Of a stretch of 64,000 nt of DNA, positions 19,301-29,400 are shown piece by piece. Origin of the DNA: a virus (lineage: Duplodnaviria; Caudoviricetes); the IMG/VR virus record IMGVR_UViG_3300005281_000021, positions 18,783 through 82,782 of that record. One strand, given 5' to 3'. Within the stretch, counting starts at the first letter, position 1, and every line of letters begins with the position of its first letter. The translations under genes and the position numbers were made by a program. Below the pieces are notes generated by a model. The model was not told where the DNA came from. It saw only the letters and a list, made by a program, of their open reading frames with translations, and made no database searches.

Positions 19301-19726
19301 TCAGGCCGCCACACCGACCACGTCCAGAGCGTTGAATACCCCGGACTGGATCAGGATGGCGTGCTTGCTGATTTCGATATCACCGGACGCATAGGAGCAG
19401 CCGACGTACTTCCGCAGCTGCTGGCCGGTGTCCTTGTCGTAGACCTCGATATCGAACACCAAGCCCTGCAGCATCGCGTCGCCGTTCTCGGCGGCAATCC
19501 CGGCTTCCAGCAGGGCGCCGCGGTTCAGCATCATGGCGCTCACGTTCAGGGTGTGGCGCGCCATCGTGGGCACGTACTCCTGCACATGGATATCGCCGAT
19601 GCCGGACGCGGCGTCCGGCGCGTAGTCGTCGTTCATTCGGACGGACTGCAGCAGGCCGATCTGCTTGCCGTCGAAGGTGATGACTATCCGGTTACCAGAC
19701 CGGGTTTTCAGGTTCTGTTGAGCCAT
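19301..19726 (-). CDS. Tail tube protein
   Basis: 141 aa after sheath; SGNRIVI..IG..QS..GIGDI..QEY. Confidence 0.85.
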   Translation of the reverse strand: MAQQNLKTRSGNRIVITFDGKQIGLLQSVRMNDDYAPDAASGIGDIHVQEYVPTMARHTLNVSAMMLNRGALLEAGIAAENGDAMLQGLVFDIEVYDKDTGQQLRKYVGCSYASGDIEISKHAILIQSGVFNALDVVGVAA

Positions 19727-19744
19727 ATCGCGCTATCTCCGCAA

Positions 19745-21460
19745 TTACGCCGTCGCCGTCCCGCTGTAGGGCACAGCGTAGATCGTGATCGGGATGTAGT
19801 TGATGGGCAGCACCGGCGAGCACTGGAACTCGACCCGCAGGACGTCGCCCTCGATCGTGGCGCGGATGTTCCGGTAGGGCGGGTTTTCCGCATCGCCGAC
19901 GATCACGCCAGGACCGGACGGCTCCGGACGGGCAAGCTCGCGCAGGGTCGACTCGGTGATGCTGACCGCGCGAGACAGCGAGATCGGCGAGGCCTTCTCG
20001 CCGCGCAGGATATCCAGCGCGTTCCGCACGTTGCGGGCAACGAAGTCGCAGGCGAAGCCGACCGAGACCTCGACGCGGTTGTAGTTGTCGTTGACCAGCC
20101 AGGTGGTGATCGACTTGACGACCTTGTAACCGCTCGGGGTGTTCTCGACGCACAGCACACCGCCCTCGATCAGGACGTCCGTGTCGGTCGGGTTGCGCAG
20201 GTCGCGTTCCAGTCCGCGCACCTTTATCGTCTTGTTGGTCAACGGGGTGCCCGGGTTCACGCCGGAGAATGCACCGGCGATCATCGCTGCCAGCAGGTAC
20301 GGCGGGAACAGGGACAGCTTGCCGTTCTCGTCGTAGTCGTAGTAGCCGATGTGCACCAGCGAGGTGCGGTCGCTGTTGAGCGCCTTCGCAGCGGCCAGCG
20401 CATCCTCATCCGACGTGCCGATGCCCGTGCCGACGATGCCGCGGCGCTCCATGCGCGCGACGTTCGACATAAACGCGCAGTGCGAGTCGTTCATGGCATG
20501 AATGGCCGGATCCGAGCTGACCGGCACCACCCACTGCACATCCACCGTCTGCAGCGTCGTGTAGGCATCGCTCCATTCGCTGTTCGTGACGATGCCGTCC
20601 GAGCCGCCGGACAGGTAGGTGAACGGGATGTTCGCCGGCACAGCGCCAGCGTTGGCCGCACGGGTGGCGGTCACGAAGCCCTCGGTGGTGCTGTTGAACC
20701 AGTCGACGATCGCCTGCAGGTTGGCCGTGGCCACGTAGTCCGCCGTCTTGACGTCCTGGACCGTGACGCTGTCCAAGCCGTTCAGGGCGGGTTTCTGGCC
20801 GTTGCCGTCCAGCACGGTCGCCGTGAAGCCGGTCGTGGTGTTGATGCGGTCGACCAGCTCCTGGATCGTCCTGAACGTGTTCAAATCGATCACCGCCACG
20901 TCGGTGCCCGAGGGCGCCTGCAGATTCACCTGCGTGTTGGTGATCGTCATGACAGCCGTGGCCGCGGCACCGTTGTACCGGATGGAGAAAGCGTTCCGCG
21001 CCAGATTGTCCTGCGAGTAGTAGTCGTTGCCCAGCTGCGTGGTGACGCGCTTGCCGGCATTCGTGCCGTTCTCGATCTTCACCTTGATCTGGTTGGTGTA
21101 CAGGCCGTAGTCGGTCGACACCAGATCGATCACCGGGTTGTTGCTGGAGTCCAGCAGGGTCAGGCTGGCCTGCGTGGCCGGGTTGACGCGGATCGCCACG
21201 ACGGTCGACGGCCCATTGGTCTGGGCGCTGGGGTCGAACGCCTTCAGGACAGCCGTCAGCAGCTCGCCACTGCGCAGCACGGCCTGCGCCTCCGACGGGC
21301 TGCCGAAGCGCAAGGGAGTGTTCGGCTTACCGCCGCTCGAACGACCCATCAGAGCAACGACGTTGCCGACCGACAAATTCTGGTTCGCCATTGCGGAGTC
21401 GTCCACCACCGACATGGTGGCGGGCGAGATCCACAGGCGACCGTTGAAGAACACAGCCAT
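19745..21460 (-). CDS. Contractile tail sheath (SPO1/K-like)
   Basis: G.SSGGKPNT..A..VLRSGELL..RVNPA; LSGGSDG; 571 aa. Confidence 0.9.
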   Translation of the reverse strand: MAVFFNGRLWISPATMSVVDDSAMANQNLSVGNVVALMGRSSGGKPNTPLRFGSPSEAQAVLRSGELLTAVLKAFDPSAQTNGPSTVVAIRVNPATQASLTLLDSSNNPVIDLVSTDYGLYTNQIKVKIENGTNAGKRVTTQLGNDYYSQDNLARNAFSIRYNGAAATAVMTITNTQVNLQAPSGTDVAVIDLNTFRTIQELVDRINTTTGFTATVLDGNGQKPALNGLDSVTVQDVKTADYVATANLQAIVDWFNSTTEGFVTATRAANAGAVPANIPFTYLSGGSDGIVTNSEWSDAYTTLQTVDVQWVVPVSSDPAIHAMNDSHCAFMSNVARMERRGIVGTGIGTSDEDALAAAKALNSDRTSLVHIGYYDYDENGKLSLFPPYLLAAMIAGAFSGVNPGTPLTNKTIKVRGLERDLRNPTDTDVLIEGGVLCVENTPSGYKVVKSITTWLVNDNYNRVEVSVGFACDFVARNVRNALDILRGEKASPISLSRAVSITESTLRELARPEPSGPGVIVGDAENPPYRNIRATIEGDVLRVEFQCSPVLPINYIPITIYAVPYSGTATA

Positions 21461-21471
21461 GATCTCTCACC

Positions 21472-21678
21472 TCAAACAGGTTTTTTCATGAAGGCCTGAT
21501 ACCGGGCGCGGTAAGCGGACTCGGCATCCTTGAGTCGGCCAGCTTGCCGTTCGGAGAAGTGGAACGCTCCGATCAGCTCGACCCGTCGGTCGCTCTCCGA
21601 AAGACGCTCGCAGAACTCGTCCAGCGTCAGATCGAAGGTGGCCGGTTCTTTCGGCGTGGGGTTTTCGCTTTTTGCCAT
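21472..21678 (-). CDS. Small hypothetical protein upstream of sheath
   Basis: GAGG SD, coupled spacing. Confidence 0.6.
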   Translation of the reverse strand: MAKSENPTPKEPATFDLTLDEFCERLSESDRRVELIGAFHFSERQAGRLKDAESAYRARYQAFMKKPV

Positions 21679-21690
21679 GGGGAATCCCTC

Positions 21691-22542
21691 TCAAGGCTGG
21701 GTAATGGGAATTGACACATCGACGTTGACGTCCACGTCCTCGATCGCTCCGACCTGAGAGCGGACAATCACGGGCGCGAGACAGGTGAAGGTGTTCACGC
21801 ACGCGAACAGCGGCACGTCGAATTCGCCATCCGTGAAATTCGCGTCCTGCGAGGACAGGTCGATCCTGACCATCCCGGCATCGTCGAACACCGGCAGGTT
21901 GCCGACGATCACGCGCCGGATCGCATGCCGCAGATTGATGCGCTCGTCCGGATTGAGCGACCAGCCGGTGATCTTCAGGGACACCTCGGCCAGCCAGCCC
22001 TCGCTCTCACGCCAAAAGCCGCCGATGACCTGGAAGTCGTCGCCCTGCATATCCTCGCCCAGGCCGCGGTCGGGCGGGCTTTCGGATTCCAGCTCGATCG
22101 TCACCAGCGGAAACAGCAAGTCGTCGGTGATCTGCGGAGGCCCCCAGACCACGCGGATCTGGTTGTGCTTGTTGCGCAGCGGGCCGCGCGCGACCTCGAC
22201 CGCCAGGCCTTCCGCGAGCCGGCGCCGGACGATGTTCTGCACGTCCGTGCTGGCGTCCTCGTAGGTGGCAGACGGAGTGCCGGATGCCGACGGGCCAGCC
22301 TGCCACGTGCCGCCCACCAGATAATAGGGACGGTAGTAGTAGAGAACGTCGTTCTTGAGCGCCTTCGTGTCCAGCACGACAGGCTCGTCACCCTCGTAGA
22401 TCCGCACCGACGCCGCGTCATCCGGGCCGGTGAAAGAGTCGTCCCCCTTGCGCAGGATCCGCCACTGCACGGCGCCAGCCGGCGGCGTCAGGAACAGCCG
22501 CATGGCGTTGCCGATCGGGAGAGGATAGACGGTGTGGATCAT
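21691..22542 (-). CDS. Tail terminator / neck protein
   Basis: Position upstream of sheath; leaderless late-promoter motif. Confidence 0.6.
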   Translation of the reverse strand: MIHTVYPLPIGNAMRLFLTPPAGAVQWRILRKGDDSFTGPDDAASVRIYEGDEPVVLDTKALKNDVLYYYRPYYLVGGTWQAGPSASGTPSATYEDASTDVQNIVRRRLAEGLAVEVARGPLRNKHNQIRVVWGPPQITDDLLFPLVTIELESESPPDRGLGEDMQGDDFQVIGGFWRESEGWLAEVSLKITGWSLNPDERINLRHAIRRVIVGNLPVFDDAGMVRIDLSSQDANFTDGEFDVPLFACVNTFTCLAPVIVRSQVGAIEDVDVNVDVSIPITQP

Positions 22543-22599
22543 GCAGAAATCATGCCGTCACGACCCACCGTGGACCGGGCGTGACGGTATCTTGCAGGC
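22543..22599. promoter_or_regulatory. Back-to-back divergent late promoters
   Basis: Minus GTCGTGAC-GG-CATGAT-N6-ATG(22542); plus GGCGTGAC-GG-TATCTT-N6-ATG(22600). Confidence 0.8.
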
Positions 22600-23400
22600 A
22601 TGGCCGACTATCGCATCTCCGTAGACCTGGGTGGGCTCGCCTCCATCCGGCAAGTGATCAACCGGGACGTCTTCCCCCTGTTGAACCAGGCCGTGCGCGC
22701 CGTCGCCTTCCAGACCGCCAAGAACTGGAAGCAGGCTGTCATGGAAGCGAAGCTGTGGAGCGGGGAAAAGGACGCCTACGTCAAGTCGATCACCTGGACG
22801 ATGACCGGCGACCTGAGCGCCGTCGTCCAGGCGGACTATCGGCACGCCGAGGAAATCGAAAAGGGCCGACCGCAGCGCGACCTCAAGAAGATGCTCGACA
22901 CCAGTCTGAAGGTCAGGGCATCGAAGCAGGGCGTCCGCTACCTCTACATCCCGTTCCGGCACAACACGCCCGGGCACGGCGCCTGGGCGAAGGCCATGCC
23001 GCCCAACATCTACGAGATGGCGAAGGAGATGGCGCCGTCCACGGTGGTCGGCAAGAAGCAGCGCCGCTCCGGCACCGGCGCCTACGACATCAAGACCAAA
23101 AAATTCTTGACCGTCAACCAGAACACATACCAGTGGGGTGGCCGGCTGCCCGCCGGGCTGGCACCGAAGCTAAACCCGACCCACAAGACCGACCCCTACG
23201 CCGGCATGGTGCGGTTCAACACCTCCACCCCGAACGCCAAGTCCAGCGCATACCTGACCTTCCGCACAATGAGCGAGAAGTCCAAGGGCTGGATCGTGCC
23301 GGCCAAGCCCGGCCTGTTCATCGCCAAGCAGGTGGTCGACAACATGAAGCCGCTGGCGGGCGCCGCCTTCACCGAGGCAATCAAGCGGTCGCTCGACTAG
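22600..23400 (+). CDS. Neck / tail-completion protein, inverted orientation
   Basis: IEKGRPQRDLK..YLYIPFRH..YLTFRTMS..GWIVP; own late-promoter motif. Confidence 0.7.
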   Translation: MADYRISVDLGGLASIRQVINRDVFPLLNQAVRAVAFQTAKNWKQAVMEAKLWSGEKDAYVKSITWTMTGDLSAVVQADYRHAEEIEKGRPQRDLKKMLDTSLKVRASKQGVRYLYIPFRHNTPGHGAWAKAMPPNIYEMAKEMAPSTVVGKKQRRSGTGAYDIKTKKFLTVNQNTYQWGGRLPAGLAPKLNPTHKTDPYAGMVRFNTSTPNAKSSAYLTFRTMSEKSKGWIVPAKPGLFIAKQVVDNMKPLAGAAFTEAIKRSLD

Positions 23401-24038
23401 CGGCCCATCAAGTCCCACTTCCGCAGCACGACCCGCCGCGGCAGCTTGGCGCCGCGGTGCTCGTTGCGGTCGGCGGCAAATGGCCCGAAGCAGTAATACT
23501 CGCTGTAGCGCGTCCCGTTGATGGTGTACGGCTTCTCAAGCGGCGGCTCGCCGCCGTTCGGCCAGGACAGGTCGCCGTCCGGCGACACCACCGGGATGCC
23601 TCCCTCGACGATGTTCCCGTCGTCGTCCAGCCAAAATACACGGCTCACGGACTCCACCGGCACCAGTAGGCGCTCGTTGGGCTCGCCATGGACGAGCACC
23701 CGCGAGAACGGGTCGGTCGCGTTCAACATGACCACGCGGTCGAACTGGCCCATGTGGTAGGCCGGGGAATTGCTGGGCAGCACTGCCACCGAGTCGCCGG
23801 ACTCCCACAGACCGAACTCGGCCCACTTCAGCTGCACGTCCTGATTGGCAACACCGATCGTTGTCCGCACCGGCGGCGACTCCCAGAATCGGCCCTTGCC
23901 GAAGCAGCGCGGGCAATTCGGCGTTGCCGACCCGGACGCCGGGTTGATGCACGGGCAGGTATGCGCCCGCGACCACAGGCAGTCCTGCCCGATGTGACGC
24001 AGGAACGAGTTAAACGCTGCGGGACTCAGTCGCGGCAC
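23397..24038 (-). CDS. Head-tail neck protein with Cys motif
   Basis: W.RA..CPC..C..C.GKG, like SPO1/K-type neck proteins. Confidence 0.7.
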   Translation of the reverse strand: MPRLSPAAFNSFLRHIGQDCLWSRAHTCPCINPASGSATPNCPRCFGKGRFWESPPVRTTIGVANQDVQLKWAEFGLWESGDSVAVLPSNSPAYHMGQFDRVVMLNATDPFSRVLVHGEPNERLLVPVESVSRVFWLDDDGNIVEGGIPVVSPDGDLSWPNGGEPPLEKPYTINGTRYSEYYCFGPFAADRNEHRGAKLPRRVVLRKWDLMGR

Positions 24039-24220
24039 GTTTCACCCCCCACAAGAGGCCCCTCGTCATTTCCCAGGAAACGCTTCGCCAGCGGTTCCCC
24101 GCCAGGCGGGGTATCCTGCGGGCCGGGCTCGTGCGGGACAAACCGCCCGCCCCCGATGTGGCGCATGACGCGCCCGCCGTAGTTGACGAGCGCGCCGACC
24201 GGCAATTCGGATCCGTCCAT
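24026..24220 (-). CDS. Small hypothetical protein
   Basis: GGAGG SD; coupled to neighbours. Confidence 0.45.
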   Translation of the reverse strand: MDGSELPVGALVNYGGRVMRHIGGGRFVPHEPGPQDTPPGGEPLAKRFLGNDEGPLVGGETCRD

Positions 24221-25332
24221 CAGATACCTCCCATCGCGCCAAAGCGCACGCCGTGAATCGCGGCCATCAGGCCGCCGTTGGTGCCCTTGTCGCCATAGAG
24301 GACGTGGTCAATCACGTCCTGATAGCCGTCCATCTGGACGGAGACCGACTGCGACAGGCCATCGGCGCTGATCGAGCCGGACTGCGGCAGGTAGCGGTCC
24401 TGAACGACCTTCAGCACCGCCTTCTTCTTGATCGCGTCCAGCAGATCGGGGAAGTCCCGGGCGACGTTCTCAAGCCCAGCCACGTAGGTGAGCTGGATCA
24501 TGAGCGGGATGGTGCGGCCACCGCCCAGCGCCTGCATCAAGAACGCCGACAGCGGCGCAGCGAAGGTGCTCGTCGCCGGCACGAAGCGGATGTGGCCGTA
24601 CTTCGCGTCCATCCGGATCCAGTCCAGCGGCAGGTCGAACATGCCCTGCACCTGGTCGGGATAGACGAACCGCACCCGAGTCACCCGGTGCACCGGCTTA
24701 AAGCGGGTGACCAGGAAGCCCCACTTCTCGCCCTGGAAGAAGCCTGGGTCGTAGTCGTAGCCGGGATCGATCGCCCAGGGCATGCCAGGCGGCAGTGCCG
24801 CCAGCTCCGCCGGGGTCGGCTCGATCGGGAAATACTGAGTCGGCACCAGCGGTACGCGCAGCTCCCGCGCAATTTCCGCCTCTGCGGCGAGCACCTTGCT
24901 CCACAGGTAGCCGTCCGTCAGGACGATGTCCGGATCCAGCAGGGACGCCGCCGCGGTCAGGCGGTCGTTGCGGATCTCGTCGACGACGACGTCGCGCACG
25001 AACAGCTGTGACGCGACCGGCTCCGTGACCGATTCCACCTGCATGCTGAACCGGCGCACGCCAAAAGCGTCGCTGGCCAGCAGCAGGATCAGATTGCCCG
25101 GCTGCAGGCCGGACGAGACGGCGGACGGCACGTCGACAGCAACGACGCCGCTCGACCAGTCCGCGCCGGCGGCAGCCGGATCCGGCGCCGGCAGGTCGTC
25201 GACGTGCGTGCGGCCATCAGACGTGTACAGAGCCGCCGTGATGCTGGCCGACGTGCCGATCGGTACGCCGGCACCGTCCTGGCGCACCGTCACAGTGAGG
25301 TGGGCGTCCTGCCCAATGACGATCGTGCTCAT
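24220..25332 (-). CDS. Head-tail adaptor protein
   Basis: YVAG..LLDAI..SGSISADGLSQS; position. Confidence 0.7.
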   Translation of the reverse strand: MSTIVIGQDAHLTVTVRQDGAGVPIGTSASITAALYTSDGRTHVDDLPAPDPAAAGADWSSGVVAVDVPSAVSSGLQPGNLILLLASDAFGVRRFSMQVESVTEPVASQLFVRDVVVDEIRNDRLTAAASLLDPDIVLTDGYLWSKVLAAEAEIARELRVPLVPTQYFPIEPTPAELAALPPGMPWAIDPGYDYDPGFFQGEKWGFLVTRFKPVHRVTRVRFVYPDQVQGMFDLPLDWIRMDAKYGHIRFVPATSTFAAPLSAFLMQALGGGRTIPLMIQLTYVAGLENVARDFPDLLDAIKKKAVLKVVQDRYLPQSGSISADGLSQSVSVQMDGYQDVIDHVLYGDKGTNGGLMAAIHGVRFGAMGGI

Positions 25333-25407
25333 GCAATCCCCGAGACAGAAAGGCCGCAGGGCGGGTCACACCCCACCGCTGCGGCCTGTGACCCGCAAGC
25401 CAGCCGG

Positions 25408-25632
25408 TTAGTTGGCGTCTTCCAGCGCCTTGATGCGAGCAGCCAAGGCCGAGATGGTCGCCTGCAGGTTGCCGGCGGACACGCCGTTGGTGGCATCCGC
25501 GGAAACCGTGACATTCGTCGCGTCCACGGTGTCGCCGCCACCAGCGGCCTGTTCCAGAGCAGCGATGCGGTCGCCCAGCTTGGCGCGCTTGGAGCCGGGC
25601 GTCATGTTGTTCAGAACTCGGGTGATATCCAT
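25408..25632 (-). CDS. Small virion protein (possible head decoration)
   Basis: AAGGA SD; repeated RI.ALE coiled-coil ends. Confidence 0.55.
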   Translation of the reverse strand: MDITRVLNNMTPGSKRAKLGDRIAALEQAAGGGDTVDATNVTVSADATNGVSAGNLQATISALAARIKALEDAN

Positions 25633-25653
25633 GATCGATCCTTTGCGGTGGGG

Positions 25654-25953
25654 TTACTCGGCAGCCTTGTCCGCCTTGCTGCGGCGCGAGCGGGTGCCGC
25701 TTTGGGGCTCCGCGGGTTCGGCGGGTTTTTCCCCTTCCGGCTCCTTGCCGCCTGCTGCAGCCTTCTCGCCAGCGCCGGATTTGTCTCCACCGGCAGCAGG
25801 CTCCAGCAGGGCGTAGCCGGGCACCAGCAGGAATGCCTTGGCGGCAGCCTCGTCGATTTCCTCGGACACCATCCCGCCGTCGGGATGAGGGTCAAACTTG
25901 ACGCCGTTTATCAGCGTCGACGTATTCGGTAGTTTGCAGATGACTCGCGGCAT
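25654..25953 (-). CDS. Hypothetical protein downstream of capsid gene
   Basis: GGAG SD; low-complexity C-terminus. Confidence 0.55.
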   Translation of the reverse strand: MPRVICKLPNTSTLINGVKFDPHPDGGMVSEEIDEAAAKAFLLVPGYALLEPAAGGDKSGAGEKAAAGGKEPEGEKPAEPAEPQSGTRSRRSKADKAAE

Positions 25954-26009
25954 GGCTCTCTCCAAAAACCCGGGGCCGCACCAGCAGCCCCGGGTTATTC
26001 ACCCTCGGA

Positions 26010-27470
26010 TCAGGCGAAGGGCTTCCACTTCGCGCCATCGGGGAGGATGTTCTCGATGATGGCGTGGTGACGCCGCTTGGAGATCCGCAGGTAGCCGAAC
26101 AGCAGCTGCGCCCAGGGCACGACAGCCGACACGGTCGGGTACAGCGGGAACTTCAGCATCGGCAGAAGCTGGCGCCAGGTGATGGCGTTAGCGCCGGGCG
26201 TCATGTTCAGGATGTACGCCTTGGTCGTGCCGGGGATCTTGCGGTTCTTGTCGACCCAGGTGGTGGTGCCACCGGCAGCCTTCGGGATCCGCGTGACCAG
26301 ACGGAAGTCGTCCGGGTTGTTCGTGCCGTTCTTGCGGGAACGGTAGATGGCATACCCGGTTTCTTGTCCGCCGCTCGACGCCGTGATCGACAGAGTCACT
26401 TCCTGGCCTTGCGACACCGCCACTTGCGTGGTGATCACGCCGGTGGATTGGCCGGCGGCGCTCACACCGGTGACCAGGTAGTAGTAGTTGCCGCCATGGC
26501 TGGCGCCCCACTTGCTGTCGGCACCGCCGGCACCAGCCGAAGCGGAAACCGACTGCGGCTTGAACGCGTTGTTCGCGGCAGCCACGACGGGGAAGTCGAC
26601 CTCGAAGGGCTTCAGCTGGCCTTCGTCGCGCACGAAAACGTCCGGCTTGGCGGCAATGTCACCCCACGAGGTGCGGATGCCCTTCACCGGAGCGCCCAGC
26701 ATGATATCTTGGCCGGTACCGGACAGCGACACGCGGAAGGCCGGGTCGAGGTTGGTGTCGAAGTCGGCCTGGGTCAGCTGGCTCATGAAGATGTGCGTCG
26801 GGCGCCCGAAGTTGCCGTAGGCGCTCACCGTCGCGGCGGCCTTGTTCACCAGATCGATCGAGGCCAGCGACTGACCCTCGGCGTCCAGCAGGTTGTCGGA
26901 GCTGACCTGACCGGCGCTGATACCCTCGACGATCTGGGCGTACACGCCAGGGAACTCAGTCGGCACGACCATGTCGTCGCCCTCGAAGCAGAGGAACTCC
27001 GCATCGGTCAGCAGCTGCAGGGCACCGTTCTGCTGCTCGGTGGCTTCCGAGTCAGCGATGGTGTTCTGCAGGGTCTGCACGAAGGACACCTCACGGCGGG
27101 TCATGAGGTACTTCACCAGACCCACGCGGCGGGCATAGCTGCCGGTGGCCTGAGCGATCGAGCCGGTTTCGGTGTTGGTCGAGCCACCGAGGAAACCGCC
27201 CACGCTCGACTGTTCAGTCCACTCGTCGACCGTCGCGGTCGCGTTGGTCTTCTGCAGCTCGTTGAACAGCGCAAAGTGCTGGTTTTCCTGGATGGTGGCC
27301 ATCATGGTCTTGTCCAGGGACTGGATGCGCAGGGCGCCGCCACCGGTCAAGGCCGCAACGTCCGTGCCGTAGCCGGCTTCGAGGGCTTTGCGCAGCTCGG
27401 TCACGTCGTTGAACGACATCGCGCCGGTCATGCTGGCCCCGGCCGCAATTTGGGGGAGCTGAATATTCAT
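26010..27470 (-). CDS. Major capsid protein (SPO1/K-like)
   Basis: RK|ALEAGYGTD..GGALRIQSLD; E...F.GD...EF.G; follows scaffold and protease. Confidence 0.9.
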   Translation of the reverse strand: MNIQLPQIAAGASMTGAMSFNDVTELRKALEAGYGTDVAALTGGGALRIQSLDKTMMATIQENQHFALFNELQKTNATATVDEWTEQSSVGGFLGGSTNTETGSIAQATGSYARRVGLVKYLMTRREVSFVQTLQNTIADSEATEQQNGALQLLTDAEFLCFEGDDMVVPTEFPGVYAQIVEGISAGQVSSDNLLDAEGQSLASIDLVNKAAATVSAYGNFGRPTHIFMSQLTQADFDTNLDPAFRVSLSGTGQDIMLGAPVKGIRTSWGDIAAKPDVFVRDEGQLKPFEVDFPVVAAANNAFKPQSVSASAGAGGADSKWGASHGGNYYYLVTGVSAAGQSTGVITTQVAVSQGQEVTLSITASSGGQETGYAIYRSRKNGTNNPDDFRLVTRIPKAAGGTTTWVDKNRKIPGTTKAYILNMTPGANAITWRQLLPMLKFPLYPTVSAVVPWAQLLFGYLRISKRRHHAIIENILPDGAKWKPFA

Positions 27471-27506
27471 TTTCGGTTCCTTACTTCCTTACGGTGAAGG
27501 GGCTGG

Positions 27507-28175
27507 TTACTTAGCGGCGACACGCGCCTTGATGTCTGCCGGGACATCCATGCCCCGGTTCAGATACGACTCGGCCCGAGCGACGTCGTGGCCGGTCAGA
27601 CGGCCAGCGCGCATGGCATCAATAGCCTTTGCCATGAACTCGTCGGGCGTGATGCCCTCGGGCTCGGATTTCTTGAGAACGCTGGGACGTTCGGTGACAG
27701 AAACAACGGCCTTGCGACCGCGGCCCTCGCCGGCCAGCGCCTTGACCTGTTCCTGCAGGGACTTGATCAGATCGGATTGCTCCTTCAGCTGCTCACCCTG
27801 CGACTTGATCAAATCGACAGCAATGCCGAGCGCCTTCGTCATGTCAGCCTCGGTGATCTCGACGCGATGGATGAGGGACTTCACCAGCTCGGTACCGTCG
27901 ATGGCCTCGACCGTGGTGCCGTCCTCAAGCGTGAACGACAGGCTCTTACCCATCGGCTCGCCTTCGTCGTCATCGCCGTCGACATCTAGGCCGGCGTCAT
28001 CCTCGCCCAGATCGGCGTCGTCGCCACCTTCACCGCCAGAAGCGGCGGCAGCTTCGGCAGCCGCATCTTCGCCGGCAGCGGCGGCGATCTTCGCATCACC
28101 GTCCTCGTCAGCGTCGGCGTCGGGTTGAGCCTTCGCCAGCAATTCGAGGTCTTCCATGAGTTTATCGAAGCTCAT
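27507..28175 (-). CDS. Scaffold protein
   Basis: Acidic coiled coil with many (L/M)xK(S/A) sites. Confidence 0.75.
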   Translation of the reverse strand: MSFDKLMEDLELLAKAQPDADADEDGDAKIAAAAGEDAAAEAAAASGGEGGDDADLGEDDAGLDVDGDDDEGEPMGKSLSFTLEDGTTVEAIDGTELVKSLIHRVEITEADMTKALGIAVDLIKSQGEQLKEQSDLIKSLQEQVKALAGEGRGRKAVVSVTERPSVLKKSEPEGITPDEFMAKAIDAMRAGRLTGHDVARAESYLNRGMDVPADIKARVAAK

Positions 28176-28177
28176 GA

Positions 28178-29068
28178 TTATCTCCGTTTCAAAACGTGGT
28201 TCAGATCGCGCGCAAAGCGCTTCACGAGGTCAGCCGCCTGATCTGGCGAAAGGCCGAACTTGAAGGAGCAATACTCCGCGATTTCTTTGAGGCCCGGATC
28301 ATCGCCAACGAGTCCGCGGCGCAGATCATCCGAAAGCACGTCTCGGATTTCGTAGTAGTTGGCCGGCACGCCGTGCAGGGACTGCTTGCGCAGCGAGCCG
28401 CCACCTTCCAGCGTCGCCGAATCCGTCCCGTAGCCCGCCTCGAGCGCCTTCGTGAGGTTCAGGCCGTCCGGCGTCCAGGATTTCGCCAGCGCGCCGAACG
28501 GGACGGTGGCGACCATCCCCACGTGCTGGTTGACGGGCTGGCGACTAATGGCAAGGTTTGTCCACCTCACCTTCGTGACGACCGCGACCTTTTCTTTCGT
28601 CTCGGGGTCGATCTTGGCAGACTTTGCCAACACGGTGCCGCCCACGCTCGGATACCACCGGGCGGGCGGGTTCAGCTTAGTCATGCTGTCCCAAACCATG
28701 TTGGCGCGCGCAGCCAGCTGCGTATCACCGGAATACAGGCGCGCCTTAACGAAGGTCACGCCGTCCTTAAACTTGACGTCGACAGGCTGCCCAATCTCCC
28801 ACGCCTCGGGATCGGTGATGCCGTACTGGCGCGCCACCGAGGGCATAGACTTGTGGTCGATGTCGAGATTCCCGAACTTCAGGAAGTGCTCAGCGGAGTC
28901 TTGGAGCGCTTTGCACAGCACGACCTCGTTCTGCTGGTCTCTCCCTTCCTGCGACGCTTCCAAATAGATGAAGCGGTCCCCTGCTTCCTCGGCGGGAGTC
29001 GCCTTCAGCATGGACTCGATGGAGATGAAGTCGGGGACTTTCCCGAGCAGTTGCTCGTCGGTTTCCAT
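28178..29068 (-). CDS. Prohead protease
   Basis: AS.E.RDQQNE, G.LDIDH, IG.P, PSVGG, A...PVN. Confidence 0.85.
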   Translation of the reverse strand: METDEQLLGKVPDFISIESMLKATPAEEAGDRFIYLEASQEGRDQQNEVVLCKALQDSAEHFLKFGNLDIDHKSMPSVARQYGITDPEAWEIGQPVDVKFKDGVTFVKARLYSGDTQLAARANMVWDSMTKLNPPARWYPSVGGTVLAKSAKIDPETKEKVAVVTKVRWTNLAISRQPVNQHVGMVATVPFGALAKSWTPDGLNLTKALEAGYGTDSATLEGGGSLRKQSLHGVPANYYEIRDVLSDDLRRGLVGDDPGLKEIAEYCSFKFGLSPDQAADLVKRFARDLNHVLKRR

Positions 29069-29151
29069 GACGCAATGATCACGTCACGACCGGGCGCATC
29101 ACAAAAAAGACCGCCCCGAAGGCGGCCAAGATCCCAAGGTAGGATGGCCGG

Positions 29152-29400
29152 TCAGATGCCGAGCGACTCCCGCGCCCGAGCGATGATCAGGTTCAGCTTG
29201 CCGCGCTCGAGCACCAGATGCTGGTAGCGATCCTCGTACTCCGGCATACCCATCTTCGCCTTCGGCGCGACGAACTCCAGCTCGGTGTTGCACGCATCCA
29301 GCAGCCGCTCGGCGTGCGCCAGTATCTGCCGCTCGGCGGATTCCGTGCGCTGCGACAGAGCCTGCAGCTGCGCGAGCGAAGCTATGGTCGAGTCCTTCAC
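29152..29400 (-). CDS. Hypothetical protein
   Basis: GGAGG SD before GTG; overlaps upstream stop. Confidence 0.5.
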   Translation of the reverse strand: MKDSTIASLAQLQALSQRTESAERQILAHAERLLDACNTELEFVAPKAKMGMPEYEDRYQHLVLERGKLNLIIARARESLGI

